64,000 bases of DNA from Podarcis erhardii (GCA_964252035.1 OZ176216.1), one strand, 5' to 3'; positions 48,619-61,320 are shown, counted from the first letter of the stretch. Notes: generated from the sequence alone by a model not told the origin. A program made the numbers and translations.

Positions 48619-51526
48619 CTTCTCAACCTTGTTACATACCTTTGACTGCATTTCCCATAATATACCTCCAGCTAATTTTCTCTGCATTTGTACCTCTGGC
48701 AAAATTAAGGATTAGCCTTGCTTCTGATACTATGTAACTCTGAGTGCCCAGGATAAGTTCTTTCCTGCTTTTTTCGCTTGCAAATTAAGCAGAAAGTGGC
48801 TACTTTGCATTAGTGCTGGCCAAATTGCAACTGAATCACAGCTGTTCAGTGCATAATGAATTCCCATTTATTTTAGACCTTTATAGATCCAGAAAGCTTG
48901 AGGGCACTGACTCTGAAATTCCACATTATTGATATTATTATCGTAATCATCTTCCACATCCTTTTTAGGGGGGAAACATTTAGTTGTTATAACCATATGC
49001 TGAAACAAAAATTAAGCAACCATAACAATTTTTAACAGAATGGAAACAGGTCAAAATGCTCACCTCATTGAAAAATCCAGGTACTCTGCTAATGATAAAA
49101 AGTAGCTGTTGTTATAACAGTGATAAAAACACCTTAACAATCTAAAGCAATTCCCACTTGCATGTCATCAGATTGTCCTCTGAATCAATGAGAGACTATA
49201 AAATACCCCACCTTTCCTGCAAGGAGCTCAAGGTGACACATGTGGTTCTCCTCTTTCTCTCTTTATTCTCTGTGAGCCTGAGAAGCAGCAACTGGCCAGG
49301 GTCACCCAGTGAGCTCTAGGGTTGAGTGGTGATTCAAATTTGAATCTTCCAGGTCTCCCAAGTCCAACACTGGTTGTCTTGAGGGAGGCTGGCAAATTCC
49401 AAGAGGCAAGCACAATAGGCATCTTTGGGAACAGCAACCGCAGGATACAATATAATGTGAACACAGTAAGATTCTAAGTTTCCTTGATCCTGGTAGTTGT
49501 ATCTTAGACAGAGACAAAACTATCCTTTAAATGCTCTGTCCAAAGGTCACTAGGGGTTGCACCTATTACAACGTATAATACAGATTTGTGATAGTTTTCA
49601 AGCACATGCCTACATGTGCCCTCTCAGAACTAAGTGTCCTACTGAGTTCAATGATGCTTACTCCCAGGTAAGTGAGTATAGGCTTGCAGCCTCAAAGTCA
49701 TGAACTGGGAGAATAACCTCTGATAGGTCATATCTAGAGTAGGGATGTTTGAGAAATTTAGTTTTTGTGAATTTGGATGCAAACTGATACACATTTCCTG
49801 CACTAATAGGTGGATTGGAATAGAATTAGCCTTCAAATTTAGCACTTCTTTGAATTTTGTGATATGTTCTTTGCTCAAAAAAGGTGTTAAAATGTGTTAA
49901 AAATATGTATCTTAGAATAAAATGTTTAGAATGATGTATATTTTAAAATAAATATAAATATGCATTTTCCTGTGGATTCTAAACAGGACTTACAAATGAA
50001 CACATGCAGGATAGACATGGTCTGGACTGTCCCACCCACCCCTCATTTAGAATACAATCAGGTGCTGAGAAGTGGGGGCAGTGAGAAGAGATGAAGAAGA
50101 AATGAAGAAGACTGTAGTGGATTCAGTGCACTGAAAGGAAAATATGGGGAGTGAATGGCAGTAGAAGGGGTAGAAATATTAGGCAAGACTCCAGGACTAA
50201 GCAGGTTATGGCAGGGTGTCAAGGGATTCGCCTATAAACCTAATATATCTCAGATTGGTAATGGTCTTAGCCAGTTACTACTTTTTAGAAGACTTGACAT
50301 TTAGAAAACATGATATTGCAACCTTACCTGAAGGGCCCTGGGCATAATCTGCAAAGCAGCAGACTTGAATCAAACAGAACTGGGTTGAAGACCAGAATCC
50401 TCACATTACATTGACATTGACGGCTACCCTAGTAATCAGTATTTAAAGACCATTTTAATGGTGAACTTCAAGGGATCAAATTACTTTAGTTTAGTAATCC
50501 TTACAATAGTCCTATAAGGCTGGTTAGCATTATTTTAGTTAGTATTGTGGCAGCCCATCAGAGGTTGATGGGCTGCAAAACAGCTCATATGCTGACATTC
50601 CATCTGATAGGAGGCATTTGAAGTTGTGCAAATTTTATAAAGTGGAAAGTGTGGCCTCTAGAAATAGGAGGGAATGTAAGGATTGGAAAAAAGATTCAAA
50701 CTTAACTGAGGTAATGACATCTGCACTGCATATGTAGCAGCATCACAGGGGTTTAACCAGCTAAGTTCTACTCACAGTAGACCCACTGAACCTAAAGTCC
50801 TGTCCTAATTCCAGTGAGTTTACTCTGAGTAAAGCTAGCGTTGGCTACAGCCCTCAGTGTTGGACTCTGCATTGGGTCAGTCTGGAAGAATTCCCAGCCA
50901 CTGACTCTGTACTCAAGTAGAAACCATACTTCACCTTATAAATGTTTGTTAAAAGAGTGAAGAAAATATTGGTTTGATCACATTCACCCAATGATAGGAG
51001 TAGAGCTGAAGCAGAGTAGTGTTACCAGGTTCTTGACATCATTACTGCTCTGGAGTCTGCCATTTGTCCTTGGGCAAAGTACCCAGGGTCACCAACGGTG
51101 TCACAAGGATCTGTGAGGGTTCCCCTCTGCCTTGGTGTGCTCCTCATGTCTTGCAAGCTCCTGACCGTGGGGCTGCCTTATTCCAGCAATGCAGGACTAG
51201 TTTTTTTCAAATGCAGGGCCTTGAAATGGGCTTACTCTGCTCCCTGTTTCTGGTGGCCCCAACAGTTGGTCTTCAAGCCTCCTCCCATCTGGCTAGCCCA
51301 GCCACTTCATCTGAAGAATCTTGGTCACACCAGCCCAGTACTTTTCAACCAGTGCTTCTTGACATACCAAAAAAATATGACCTGTAGAAGAGTCCTGTGC
51401 TAGACAGTGATGGAACCTTGCAGGGTTGTGTGGTGTCCCCCTCTTTTAGCTTTAGCTCTGATTGCTTACATTGAATATTTAAAACCTCTGGTCGTTATGA
51501 TCACATATTCATTATTTTCTCTTAAG

Positions 51527-51653
51527 ATTTGTGAAAGTTCTGGTGAATCTCTGGTGTCCTGTGAAGGAGAATGCTGCAGGGTCTTCCATACAGAATGCCT
51601 AGGATTGAGCTCACAGCCTGATGGGAAGTTCATCTGCCTGGAGTGCAAAAATG
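51527..51653 (+). CDS. NSD3: NSD3 exon 12 (PHD1)
   Basis: ICESSGESLVSCEGECCRVFHTECLGLSSQPDGKFICLECKN, a C4HC3 pattern together with the last Cys of exon 11. 127 nt. Confidence 0.96.
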
Positions 51654-51770
51654 GTAAATGAGGGAATGACTTCCACCTTGTGAATTCTCCTGGTAGGAGT
51701 TCTGGAGGCTCTTGTTCAGCTTGGCTGTTGTGTTCCTGTCCTAGAGGGTTCACTAGCAAATATATTGGCT

Positions 51771-51772
<2 letters not shown>

Positions 51773-51810
<38 letters not shown>
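51773..51810. repeat. (GT)n microsatellite
   Basis: Directly visible. Confidence 0.95.
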
Positions 51811-51818
<8 letters not shown>

Positions 51819-52159
51819 AAGCACATTAAACTATTCAGGTTTCCCAGCCTGGATCTTGCTCTGTGGCACTATCTTGGCTAATTTGCTCCTTGTTTTCTAG
51901 CCACCGTCCATTTACTCAGCTTCCCCCCTTGCCACCCACTTTCTATTCATACTGAGTAACTGGGGGAAATCGCCTTGATGGTCAGCTTTCTCAGCCTCAG
52001 AAAGCTGGCAGGAATATACAGTTGTCTTTCTTTCCCGTCCACTCTGTCTGAAGAAGTCTACAGAGACCTAGGGCAGCTACTACCTGTCATGGCTGCTTTG
52101 TTTTATATTCTCAGAATGTTTTACCCTAGGCTGGTCCTCTTTATTTCTCTTTTCTAAAG

Positions 52160-52357
52160 GACAGCATACGTGCTTTTCCTGCAAGCTGCCTGGCAAAGAC
52201 GTGAAACGCTGCTCTGTCAATGCCTGTGGCAAATTTTATCACGAGGTCTGCATCCGCAAGTTTGCTACGGCTGTTTTTGAGTCCCGAGGATTCCGTTGCC
52301 CCCAACACTGCTGTACTGCCTGCTCCATGGAGAAGGACATTCATAAAGCGAGCAAAG
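52160..52357 (+). CDS. NSD3: NSD3 exon 13 (PHD2 and start of PHD3)
   Basis: GQHTCFSCKLPGKDVKRCSVNACGKFYHEVCIRKF...CPQHCCTACSMEKDIHKASK. 198 nt, phase 1/1. Confidence 0.96.
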
Positions 52358-54692
52358 GTAAGATTTTTACTTGTTGTCTTTGGAGAAGAGCAGGAAACTG
52401 CAGACTCTCTGATGTGTTGCAGCAGCAACCCCAAGGCGCTTAGACTGCTGCAGTTACCACTCAGCCTGTTTAGCTTGACCCTGGAAATAGGAAGAGCAGC
52501 ATCAGGGATATTCTTCATAGCTGCCATTAAGGCAACCTGATAACGCTGGCCCAGGTATCCTGATACAAGGCTTTCCTGTGGTCATTGAATTCCCTTGGAG
52601 AATTTGCTGTTTTATTCTTCCATGGCACAAGGGCAGCCTGGTGTATCATACCTTGACGTTCATGCTAATTATATAAAAATCTTTTATATAATTAAAAAAT
52701 GGTGTTGGTGGCCTTGAATTGAGGCTACCAATTCCTGTAGTTGGCTTGTGATGGAGGAACCCATTGCCAAGATCTGAAAGTGGATCAGCACATATTAGTC
52801 ATACTCATTAACTTCAGTGGGTCTGTTTTGAGTAAAACTTAGTTGAGTACCACACAAAGCCACTTAGCAGCATATTTGTTTCACTGGTGAAATGTTTTCT
52901 TGTTGTGTAACAAGTTTTCACTATCCCAGCTGTTGTGTTGGATTCTTGTGCTACATTCAAACACCCGTCCACCAGTGTAAGACTCCTTGCACTAGTGGAT
53001 GGAGAATGTTTGATGCAGCTTAAAATATCTGTATGTTTTCCTGCTCGTGCACCAGACATCCCGGTATGCTGAGCTAGTCTCATATTGTTATCATATCAGC
53101 AAGAAACTCAGCCAGGCACTTAATACGGGTGGCCATATTTCTGTTCTGGTTCTATCCAAGGAGTGAGAAGTAGTTACTGTATTAACCTGTCTTGATGGCC
53201 TCTGGCTGTTTTTCATTGCTGTTGGCAGTGAACAAGAGAAGCCAAATATTAGGCCTGCCATCAACAAGTATAGCAGAGCTTGTTTCATTTTATTTTCAGT
53301 TACTTAACAGAATTTGCAGAGACCTTTTGGTACAGCAGACATAAAACCTGTACAGTAGGATGTGAAAAGAAGTGACGTTATATTTTGCTTGGTTATTGAT
53401 ATCTTTTTTGTAAAACAATCTGTGTACCCTGTGCGTGCAGAAAAGTGGAGCTGTCACTTAAAGAAGAAGGGATAGCTGGAGGATTGCTCAATTGGGTTGA
53501 GGTACAGAAACACACCTGCCTAACAAACATCCATTAGCGTTCCTAGCAGCCTTTATTGAATTAGGCCTGAGTTAGCTAGAATACATTTGAGATAAGCTAT
53601 AGAGCAGGCCACCAGGCCATCTTGGCCAAGCCATGACCCCAACCCTACACATGTCATCAGGTGTGGGACAGGAGAAGGCACAACTGCACCAAAGGGGGTT
53701 TGCACGCACTGTTAATCAGCAGCACCTGCACAGCCCTTTGCAGGAGATGATCACCTGATTGCCAGGATTTGGTAAGTGCCACACGGCTGTGTAAGTCCCA
53801 GCAGTCAGCTGATTGTCTGTGTGCCCACCTGTCATACTTTACATTGGGGAGGGGGGCATAGAGATAAGGATCCAGCCCATCAGCCAGGTTCTGTTCCTCA
53901 CCCTTGTTGTAGAGCATATGAATTCTCAGCCACAAAAAGGCACATCAGATAGGGACTCTCAAGACTTTGGTGTACTGAGGCTCTTTTAGGTTGAAAGGGG
54001 GGATCTCAGCCTCATCAAGATTAGTCAAAGCAAAGAAAAGGTTGACTCTTCTGCTAATGGCCTTCACTCTTGCAGCGGTGGAGCCATGTGGACAGAAAGG
54101 GTCTTTACCGTGCTTTTGATGTGCAGGTGAAAGAGAGATTCTTTGGGAAATACTGGTAGTATTCACTGCTCCCTGTGTTGACAACCCAGCCATCTAGTTT
54201 TTCTAGATGTGGGAGAGGGGAAGGCCAGATTCAGGGCACGAAAGCCTCACTTTGCAGGGGGGTGTGTGTGTGTGTGTGTGTGTGTGTGTAAGTAAATCTA
54301 CTCTGATTCTGAGTTTGCAGCAGGTGTTTCAAGCTGTCTTCATAGACATGAGCACTAAAAATGTCTTTATTTATTTATGGAAGCTGAGGTTCTTGGGAAC
54401 CTGACCTCTGAGCATGATATGATGTGCTAGATCTTTTCTGCACTCCTATGGAATAATCCCAATATGAATTTGGCTGTGCCCATTTACGACTCATGTTAGG
54501 ATTATCCAAAACAGGTTCTCCCCAGGGTGTGGGTGGAGTTGCACCCCTAGGGATGCAAAATGTCATTGCTTTTTGAAAACTGTTACATCATTATTAGGTA
54601 TATCAAATGAAAATCAAAACTTCGTTGCAGACTTTGAAGTCTGTAGCCATGTTCTAAACATACTGTCCTATGGTCCATTTTATATTAAACAG

Positions 54693-54866
54693 GTCGCATG
54701 GTGAGATGTTTGAGATGCCCCATTGCCTATCACTCGGGAGATGGCTGTATTGCTGCAGGAAGTTTGTTTGTGTCATCCCACATTCTCATCTGTAGTAACC
54801 ATTCCAAAAGGAGCAATCACTCTTCATCAGCTGTAAATGTAGGCTTTTGTTTCGTTTGTGCAAGAG
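54693..54866 (+). CDS. NSD3: NSD3 exon 14 (PHD3 and start of next PHD)
   Basis: GRMVRCLRCPIAYHSGDGCIAAG...ICSNHSKRSNHSSSAVNVGFCFVCAR. 174 nt, CAG and GTGAGC junctions. Confidence 0.96.
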
Positions 54867-55685
54867 GTGAGCTCTGTTTTTTTGTCTTCCTCTGTTTATA
54901 TCTTTGGTGTTCAGTCCTTGATTTTGTTAAAAACTGAACTGTGAACCCCCACTCCCACCCCTTCTGCTCTGGGGGAATTATTTTTGTTCTCAAGTTTCCT
55001 CCTTGGCTATTGGATGTAGCATATTAATTTTCTACAGGCTTTTAGCTGCTAGTGCCCATTCTTAGACACGTTAGGAAGGATACCAAGGTGGTGCCTTCTG
55101 CTTCCAGGTGGGGTGGGGGGAGCCTGTGGCAAAGTCCCTGATGCCAGTGGCTGGAATTCTAATACTGACTTTTTCAGTCACTTTTGGCAGCCATGAATGT
55201 GTTCAGTTCATCATGTAAATCAAAACTGATCCTGCAGGTGGGTGGGTTATTCATAGATTAGAAAAAGGTCCCTTTTCAACCATGAAATACTTTTAAATAT
55301 GAGTTAGAGGAAACACCACTTTTTAAGCTAAATATAAGTAGGAAGAGACTTCTGTTCTCTAATTCTAGTAGTTCTGAATCCTCCTTTACAAATTTTACTA
55401 ATTTAAAGCATGGAGACTAGAATTGCATACACTTTGCTGGGAGTAAACATGGCTAGGACTGTACAGTAAATTCTTTGTCATTTACTTGTTTTAGTCAATG
55501 ATAACCCAGCAAGATTATCTGTATAGATGTAAAATGAGCTTATGTATAGTGCATTGTAGTATACCAGCAATGTGGTAGTAAATTTCACATGAGCAGTTAT
55601 GGAAGTCAGTTCTAGGAAGAGGGAATAACTGAGCTGTGACTCTTAAATTGTATTCAGTGGATACAGGCAGTGATTTAGACTAGAA

Positions 55686-55821
55686 CAGGCTTCCTCAGCC
55701 TCGGCCCTTCAGATGTTTTGAGACTACAATTCCCATCATCCCTGACCACTGGTCCTGCTAGCTAGGGATAATGGAAGTTGTAGGCCAAAAACATCTGGAG
55801 GGCCGAGGTTGAGGAAGCCTG
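55686..55821. mobile_element. hAT-type hairpin MITE with 8-bp TSD
   Basis: TIRs CAGGCTTCCTCA...TGAGGAAGCCTG. GACTAGAA at 55678-55685 and 55822-55829. Looser relatives lie near 25265-25388, 37885-37990 and 45970-46070. Confidence 0.8.
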
Positions 55822-57803
55822 GACTAGAATCTAACAGGTACTGACAGCAACTACCTTTGCCCTGTTGAAATGAGAAGAATATACCTGCATTGCCTGGTAG
55901 AATGCACCCCTTTCTGCTTGATTCCCCAAAGTTTCATCAATAGATGTCAATTAAAATTATTTTTCTGAATGTTGTTTGTAAAGGCAGGTGAAGGGGAGAG
56001 AGAGAGACATACAGAGACAGAGAACATAAACAGATGTTGTGGAAATAACTATTTCATTTCCTCCTTGGGATATATTACATACAGGAGAGGTAATGATGCT
56101 GACACAGGGCATGGAGGTAAACAGGAGACAAAGTTCATGTCCCTTTAAATAAATTAAATTTTTTGCAGAGGAATGGCGCCTGAAGGCTCAGAGGGAAACA
56201 GTAAGTTTTAGAGTGTTGAGCTTGAGCAGGGGTCCTTGGAGCAGGAAGAAAACCAAATAATTTCCAACATCTGGAGTGAATGGATCTAACTCCTTTTCAG
56301 CATGTTGTGACTGTCCTAAGCAGTCTTCATGCCAATGGAGTCACAGTTGTGGGCACAAACTATTTACATACCTCTAGCGTTGTTTGCTTCAGTTTCCTTT
56401 TACCTGTTGGGGTTGGGGGTTACTTCTTAGCTACCTTTCCCTCCAACTTTAAGATTGACTTCACTTTCATATTTACAAGCATGATTTAAAAAAAAATACA
56501 TCTGATAGGCGATCAAATTTAAAATAGCTAGAAATATCTAATATACAAGATCAAAACTTCTTAAATGGGTTGGCTGTTGCTAGCTTTTCCAAAACTTGTA
56601 GTTTTTAGATTCCAGCTCTTTTAGTGTTCAGAAAGGCAGGTGGCCACTTTGGTCATCCTACACTCCAGTCCTAAGTTAATTACATCACACTATGATTTCT
56701 GCCTACCTCTCTGGTCTGGGTTGGGTAAATTCTCCTGAACTTCTACTTTAGGACAGACAGAGGGAGCAGCTCTTTTGTTCTTATATCAAAAGGAGAATTA
56801 GCTGGTAATTTAAATGCTCTTAAGTAGCTAGTCATTTTAATTACTGTTCTGTATTGCTTTCAAAAGATTTTATGCCCTGATATTTTGCAAGGGGGTGGTA
56901 TGTAAATAAATCTATAAATAAAGAAAACAAAACATATGAATTCAAGCAGCCAAAAGGCATAGACAGCCACATTAGAATAGGACTTGGTGCCTCAGCCGCT
57001 GCAGTGCTCAGGTTTCCCTCTTCATATGGGAAGATGCTGCACATGCTGTTGCATCAAGAAGCTTTCACATGGGGGCTCATAATCTTCATGGGTTGCCCCA
57101 GTTCACTGGAGAACCATTTGCCAACCTCCTGATGTGGAGACTGTCTACGTGGTTGAGCCAGTGCCCAAGGCAAGGCACCATGCCAACACTTTTTGAGCAG
57201 TTTCTGTCTTGGAGATGGTGACATAAACATTTTCTTTGAGAAATTACAGTTGGCCTTCAGAATGGTGAAATTTGCTCTGTTGCAGTACTTGTGCAGTGAA
57301 GGAATAGCTTGTAGATTTCTACTTCCTAATTGAAAATTCTTTGCACGTTTTAAGATATATACACACTATTTCTGAAAAGCTTTGTTGGATAGAAGGCTAT
57401 TGACAAGGTTTGCAGGGTGAGTTGTGGTTGCTACAGTAATAGAGTGCTGATGCAAACAACAGTGTATTTATTAGATATGCACAACAGCCATGAATGGGTT
57501 CTGACCTTCAAACACTTTGCTTTGTACCTAGTTGCCTACCTCTGATTACTGTTCTTTCTAGGCCGTTGCCTTCTCAGGTTCATGGTTTCAGTTGTCCTTG
57601 GAAACTTTCATGGGGTGAATGGGGATGCTGGTACATTTTGTTCTCTCTTTCGTAAAAGTTGTTTCCCTTCCCAAATTTACTGGTTTTGATGTTGAGCAGT
57701 ATTCTTCAAAAACACAGCGATGTCTGTTGTGTTTCAAATTGCTCTGTCTGCTAGGACAGTCTAGTCTATAGGTAAAAACATTAGGTGTGCTATTAATAGT
57801 TGA

Positions 57804-58161
57804 AGTTACAGATAGGTAGCCGTGTTGGTCTGCCATAGTCAAAACAAAATAAAAAAAATCCTTCCAGTAGCACCTTAAAGACCAACTAAGTTAGTTCTTG
57901 GTATGAGCTTTCGTGTGCATGCACACTTCTTCAGATACACTGAAACAGAAGTCACCAGACCCTTCTATATAGTGAGAAGGTAATACCCCTATATAGTGAG
58001 AAAGTAATACCCCTCCCCACCTTCTCACTATATAGAAGGGTCTGGTGACTTCTGTTTCAGTGTATCTGAAGAAGTGTGCATGCACACGAAAGCTCATACC
58101 AAGAACTAACTTAGTTGGTCTTTAAGGTGCTACTGGAAGGAATTTTTTTATTTTGTTTTGA
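57804..58161. mobile_element. Penelope-like element fragment as an inverted (fold-back) pLTR pair with TSD
   Basis: Arms 57840-57981 and 58019-58160 (142 bp, 1 mismatch) around a 37-nt spacer. TAATAGTTGAAGT at 57794-57806 and 58162-58174. Confidence 0.78.
58062..58099 (+). ncRNA. Minimal type-I hammerhead ribozyme motif within the Penelope-type repeat (also 3876-3913 on + and 57901-57938 on -)
   Basis: GTAT-CTGAAGA-A-GTGTGCATGCACAC-GAAA-GCTC-ATAC: 4-bp stem I, CUGANGA core, palindromic stem II, GAAA, rudimentary stem III and a CUC cleavage triplet. Confidence 0.65.
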
Positions 58162-60019
58162 TAATAGTTGAAGTGTAAGGCAAATGAAAAAAGGGGAAAG
58201 TGTGGTTTTTGCCAAAAAAATTGTTACAGTTGACATTTTTAGTTTGGGGAAAAGGAAGCATGCAGAGTGGGTTGATTCCTTCTACCACCCAGGAAGGCAG
58301 AGGACATGTGATCAAACTTTTCATCCTAGCCTTGTAGATTCCTCCTCTGCTTGCTTCCTGCTTTTGTGCAGCCAACTGCTGGGGTCCTGTCATGCCTGAG
58401 GCTGTCACTACAAAGTTTCAAGGCCAGCCAACAACAACAACAGAGGAGTCTGAGGAGTACTGACCTGCCCTCCAGCTCAGCTGATGCAAAGGGATAGCAA
58501 AGCAGGAGGAGGGTGCTCTCAGCACCATTATCTCACCCTCTGCATCTTTGTACCAGGTGTCATCTGCAGATGGGGAAAAAACATTTATATGGCAGTCCCT
58601 TCTCAGAGGATGGCAGGGCATCAAGCAGCTAACTCACATAGCTGCCTGCAGCTGACTTTAGCAGAATGCAGTGCCTTTTCAAAAATGCACCACAACTGCT
58701 CAAATGCCACACCCCATGTCTTCTTTGGGGTCTCCCTCCTCCATGGCTACTAAGTCCTTCACCTCCAGCCTTTTTTTTTTTAAACGGAGGAACAATTTAT
58801 TCATAGAATTTATGGGCTGTTATTGATGATTTCACCAATTAAATGTTAAAACAAAACAAAGAAGATAGATAGAAGATAGATTTCAAAAACACTTTAGAAT
58901 GGCATCAGCACATTCAGAGTTTTCTGTCTCCCCCAGTCCCCAGACAGGAGGGATAGCTAGAAGCTAAACATGTTCATGCTGCTTGTTCACTGTTTATCAG
59001 AGGAACCTAATCAGTATTCGCCTGAACTCACATCTGCTGGCTTTCTATCCTCCTGCAGAATGTTGCCTCTCAGGGCTTCCCATGCAGGCACCTCATTCTC
59101 CCCTCTTAATCAAGGGGACTTCCAACAACAGAGTAGCTTGGAGAAGGGAGCTAGAGAAGGGTCACTTGGCAGCAGAACTGATGGGTAATCCACTACCAGA
59201 CTTACTCATAATTATGATATTTTGCCTTTATTAGCAAAAGCCTTATTGTCACTTGGTTTACAACCTTGGCTCCTCAGCCATCTCAAATGAGTTCCAGAGG
59301 GGTACTGGTGTTTTCTGAGTTCTGGTCAGCCTCCAAGGAAGTGCTCTTCCTCCTCCTCTTCAGATGGTAGACTTGGAATGGGCTAGCTCCTTACAGAGCA
59401 AAAAGGCTGCTAAACTAGCTCACAGGTTCTACACTCTTTCTTCCCAACCAATGGAAAAACTAGAAATCCCAGCAGTAGATTCCCTGGGGACAGTCTTGTT
59501 GTCATGTGCTCTCTGACCTATGGATAATGAATGTTGCATTAAGAGCCTATTGAAAAGAAATCCAATGTGGCAGTCAAGAAATCTCATTCGGACTAAGCCC
59601 TGGCTTTAAGAGCCACTTCTACTTTCATTCTTTAATTATCATTTTATTTCTCTGACTTGCAAACCTTCAAAACAAGGATTTGGATGATAGAATCCTCCAT
59701 AGAGCATTGAGAAGGCTGGCCAAGGCCTTGGCATTCATTGTAGATCCCACCCTGAATGCTTTGCCATTTTTCACCAGGCGATCACTGCTACTCTGGTAGA
59801 AGGAGTTCACCACCCACCTCCCTTTTTAATCAGTGCCCTTTAACAGGATTTGTCTCTTTGGTGATGTATACTCAAGCAACCCCTTGTAGAAACAAAGGAC
59901 AAATGCATCCCAACAGGGGAGGGACAGCCTAGATATACTTATTACTCATTTCACCTCAGTAAAAGCTCATTTCACCACAGGGATTATAGAAACTGAAGCC
60001 CACATGGTGACACATATTC

Positions 60020-60515
60020 TAGAATCATAGAATCATAGAGTTGGAAGAGACCACAAGGGCCATCGAGTCCAACCCCCTGCCAAGCAGGAAACACCATCAG
60101 AGCACTCCTGACATATGGTTGTCAAGCCTCTGCTTAAAGACCTCCAAAGAAGGAGACTCCACCACACTCCTTGGCAGCAAATTCCACTGTCGAACAGCTC
60201 TTACTGTCAGGAAGTTCTTCCTAATGTTTAGGTGGAATCTTCTTTCTTGTAGTTTGGAACCATTGCTCCATGTCCGCTTCTCTGGAGCAGCAGAAAACAA
60301 CCTTTCTCCCTCCTCCATGTGACATCCTTTTATATATTTGAACATGGCTATCATATCACCCCTTAACCTCCTCTTCTCCAGGCTAAACATGCCCAGCTCC
60401 CTTAGCCGTTCCTCATAAGGCATCGTTTCCAGGCCTTTGACCATTTTGGTTGCTCTCCTCTGGACACGTTCCAGTTTGTCAGTGTCCTTCTTGAACTGTG
60501 GTGCCCAGAACTGGA
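60020..60515 (-). mobile_element. CR1 LINE 3' fragment (young; nearly identical to the 20581 copy)
   Basis: Minus-strand [28 protein letters not shown]...[10 protein letters not shown], with an (AGAATCAT)n tail at about 60020-60038. Confidence 0.92.
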
Positions 60516-60559
60516 ATCATAGAATTCCAGTTCTATGATTCCAGGTTCTAGGGCAGACC

Positions 60560-61320
60560 TGCTGAGCTGCCAGCCTTCCTCCAGTGGGAAGAAGATTGAA
60601 GTTGTTTCTCCTCACCTAGGAACCCTAATTGGACAACTGGGTGTTAAACCCAGTCACAGAATTTTAGTCCAGACCAAAAGACTGTTTTTGACCATGGCCA
60701 GCCTTCTGGTTGGAGGTGAAACGGGTGATAACATCATCCAGAATCTGTTAGATTTAGGGGTCATTGAGCCAGTTCCCTCAGAGGAATAATTCTCTGCTTT
60801 AGTCAGTCATCTTTGTTGACCCAAAGGAAATAGGGAACTGGATGTCCATATTGGACTTGGAATATGTAAACAGTGTCAGGATTTATTGCAAGTTCAGGAT
60901 GGAGTCCCTCAGGACCACCAGGGAGGCAATTCACAAAGTGGACTCCATAGATTTAACAGGGCCATGCCTTCATATCCCCGTATCCTCTCTGTTTGGGCAA
61001 CTCCTGAGCTTTGTATACCAGCAGACAGGTAGACACTGATATCGGTAGCATCCTTTCACTTCCTGCTCTTTGGGTCTTTATCCAGGAACAGAGCATGACA
61101 GGACTTACAGAAAACTTTGGCTTCATTATAAACAAGCACAAAAGCCATCTCTACCCACCCAGCAAGTTATGGCACATGGGAGCAGTTCTAGACCCAGAAA
61201 AAAGAATTTAATGTGCTTTTCGCAGGAGAGAAACCAGAACTTTCTTGCAAACATCAGACCACTGCTTTTTCTAGCAGTGCTCCTCTCATAGAGATTTGCA
61301 GGGGAGCCATATGGAAATCC
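60560..61320 (+). mobile_element. Decayed DIRS-like (tyrosine-recombinase retrotransposon) RT remnant
   Basis: Broken peptides IQNLLDLGVIEPVPSEE and ILDLEYVN...KFRMESLRTTREAI...SIDLTGPCLHIPV resemble DIRS1 RT motifs. Many stops and frameshifts. Confidence 0.55.
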
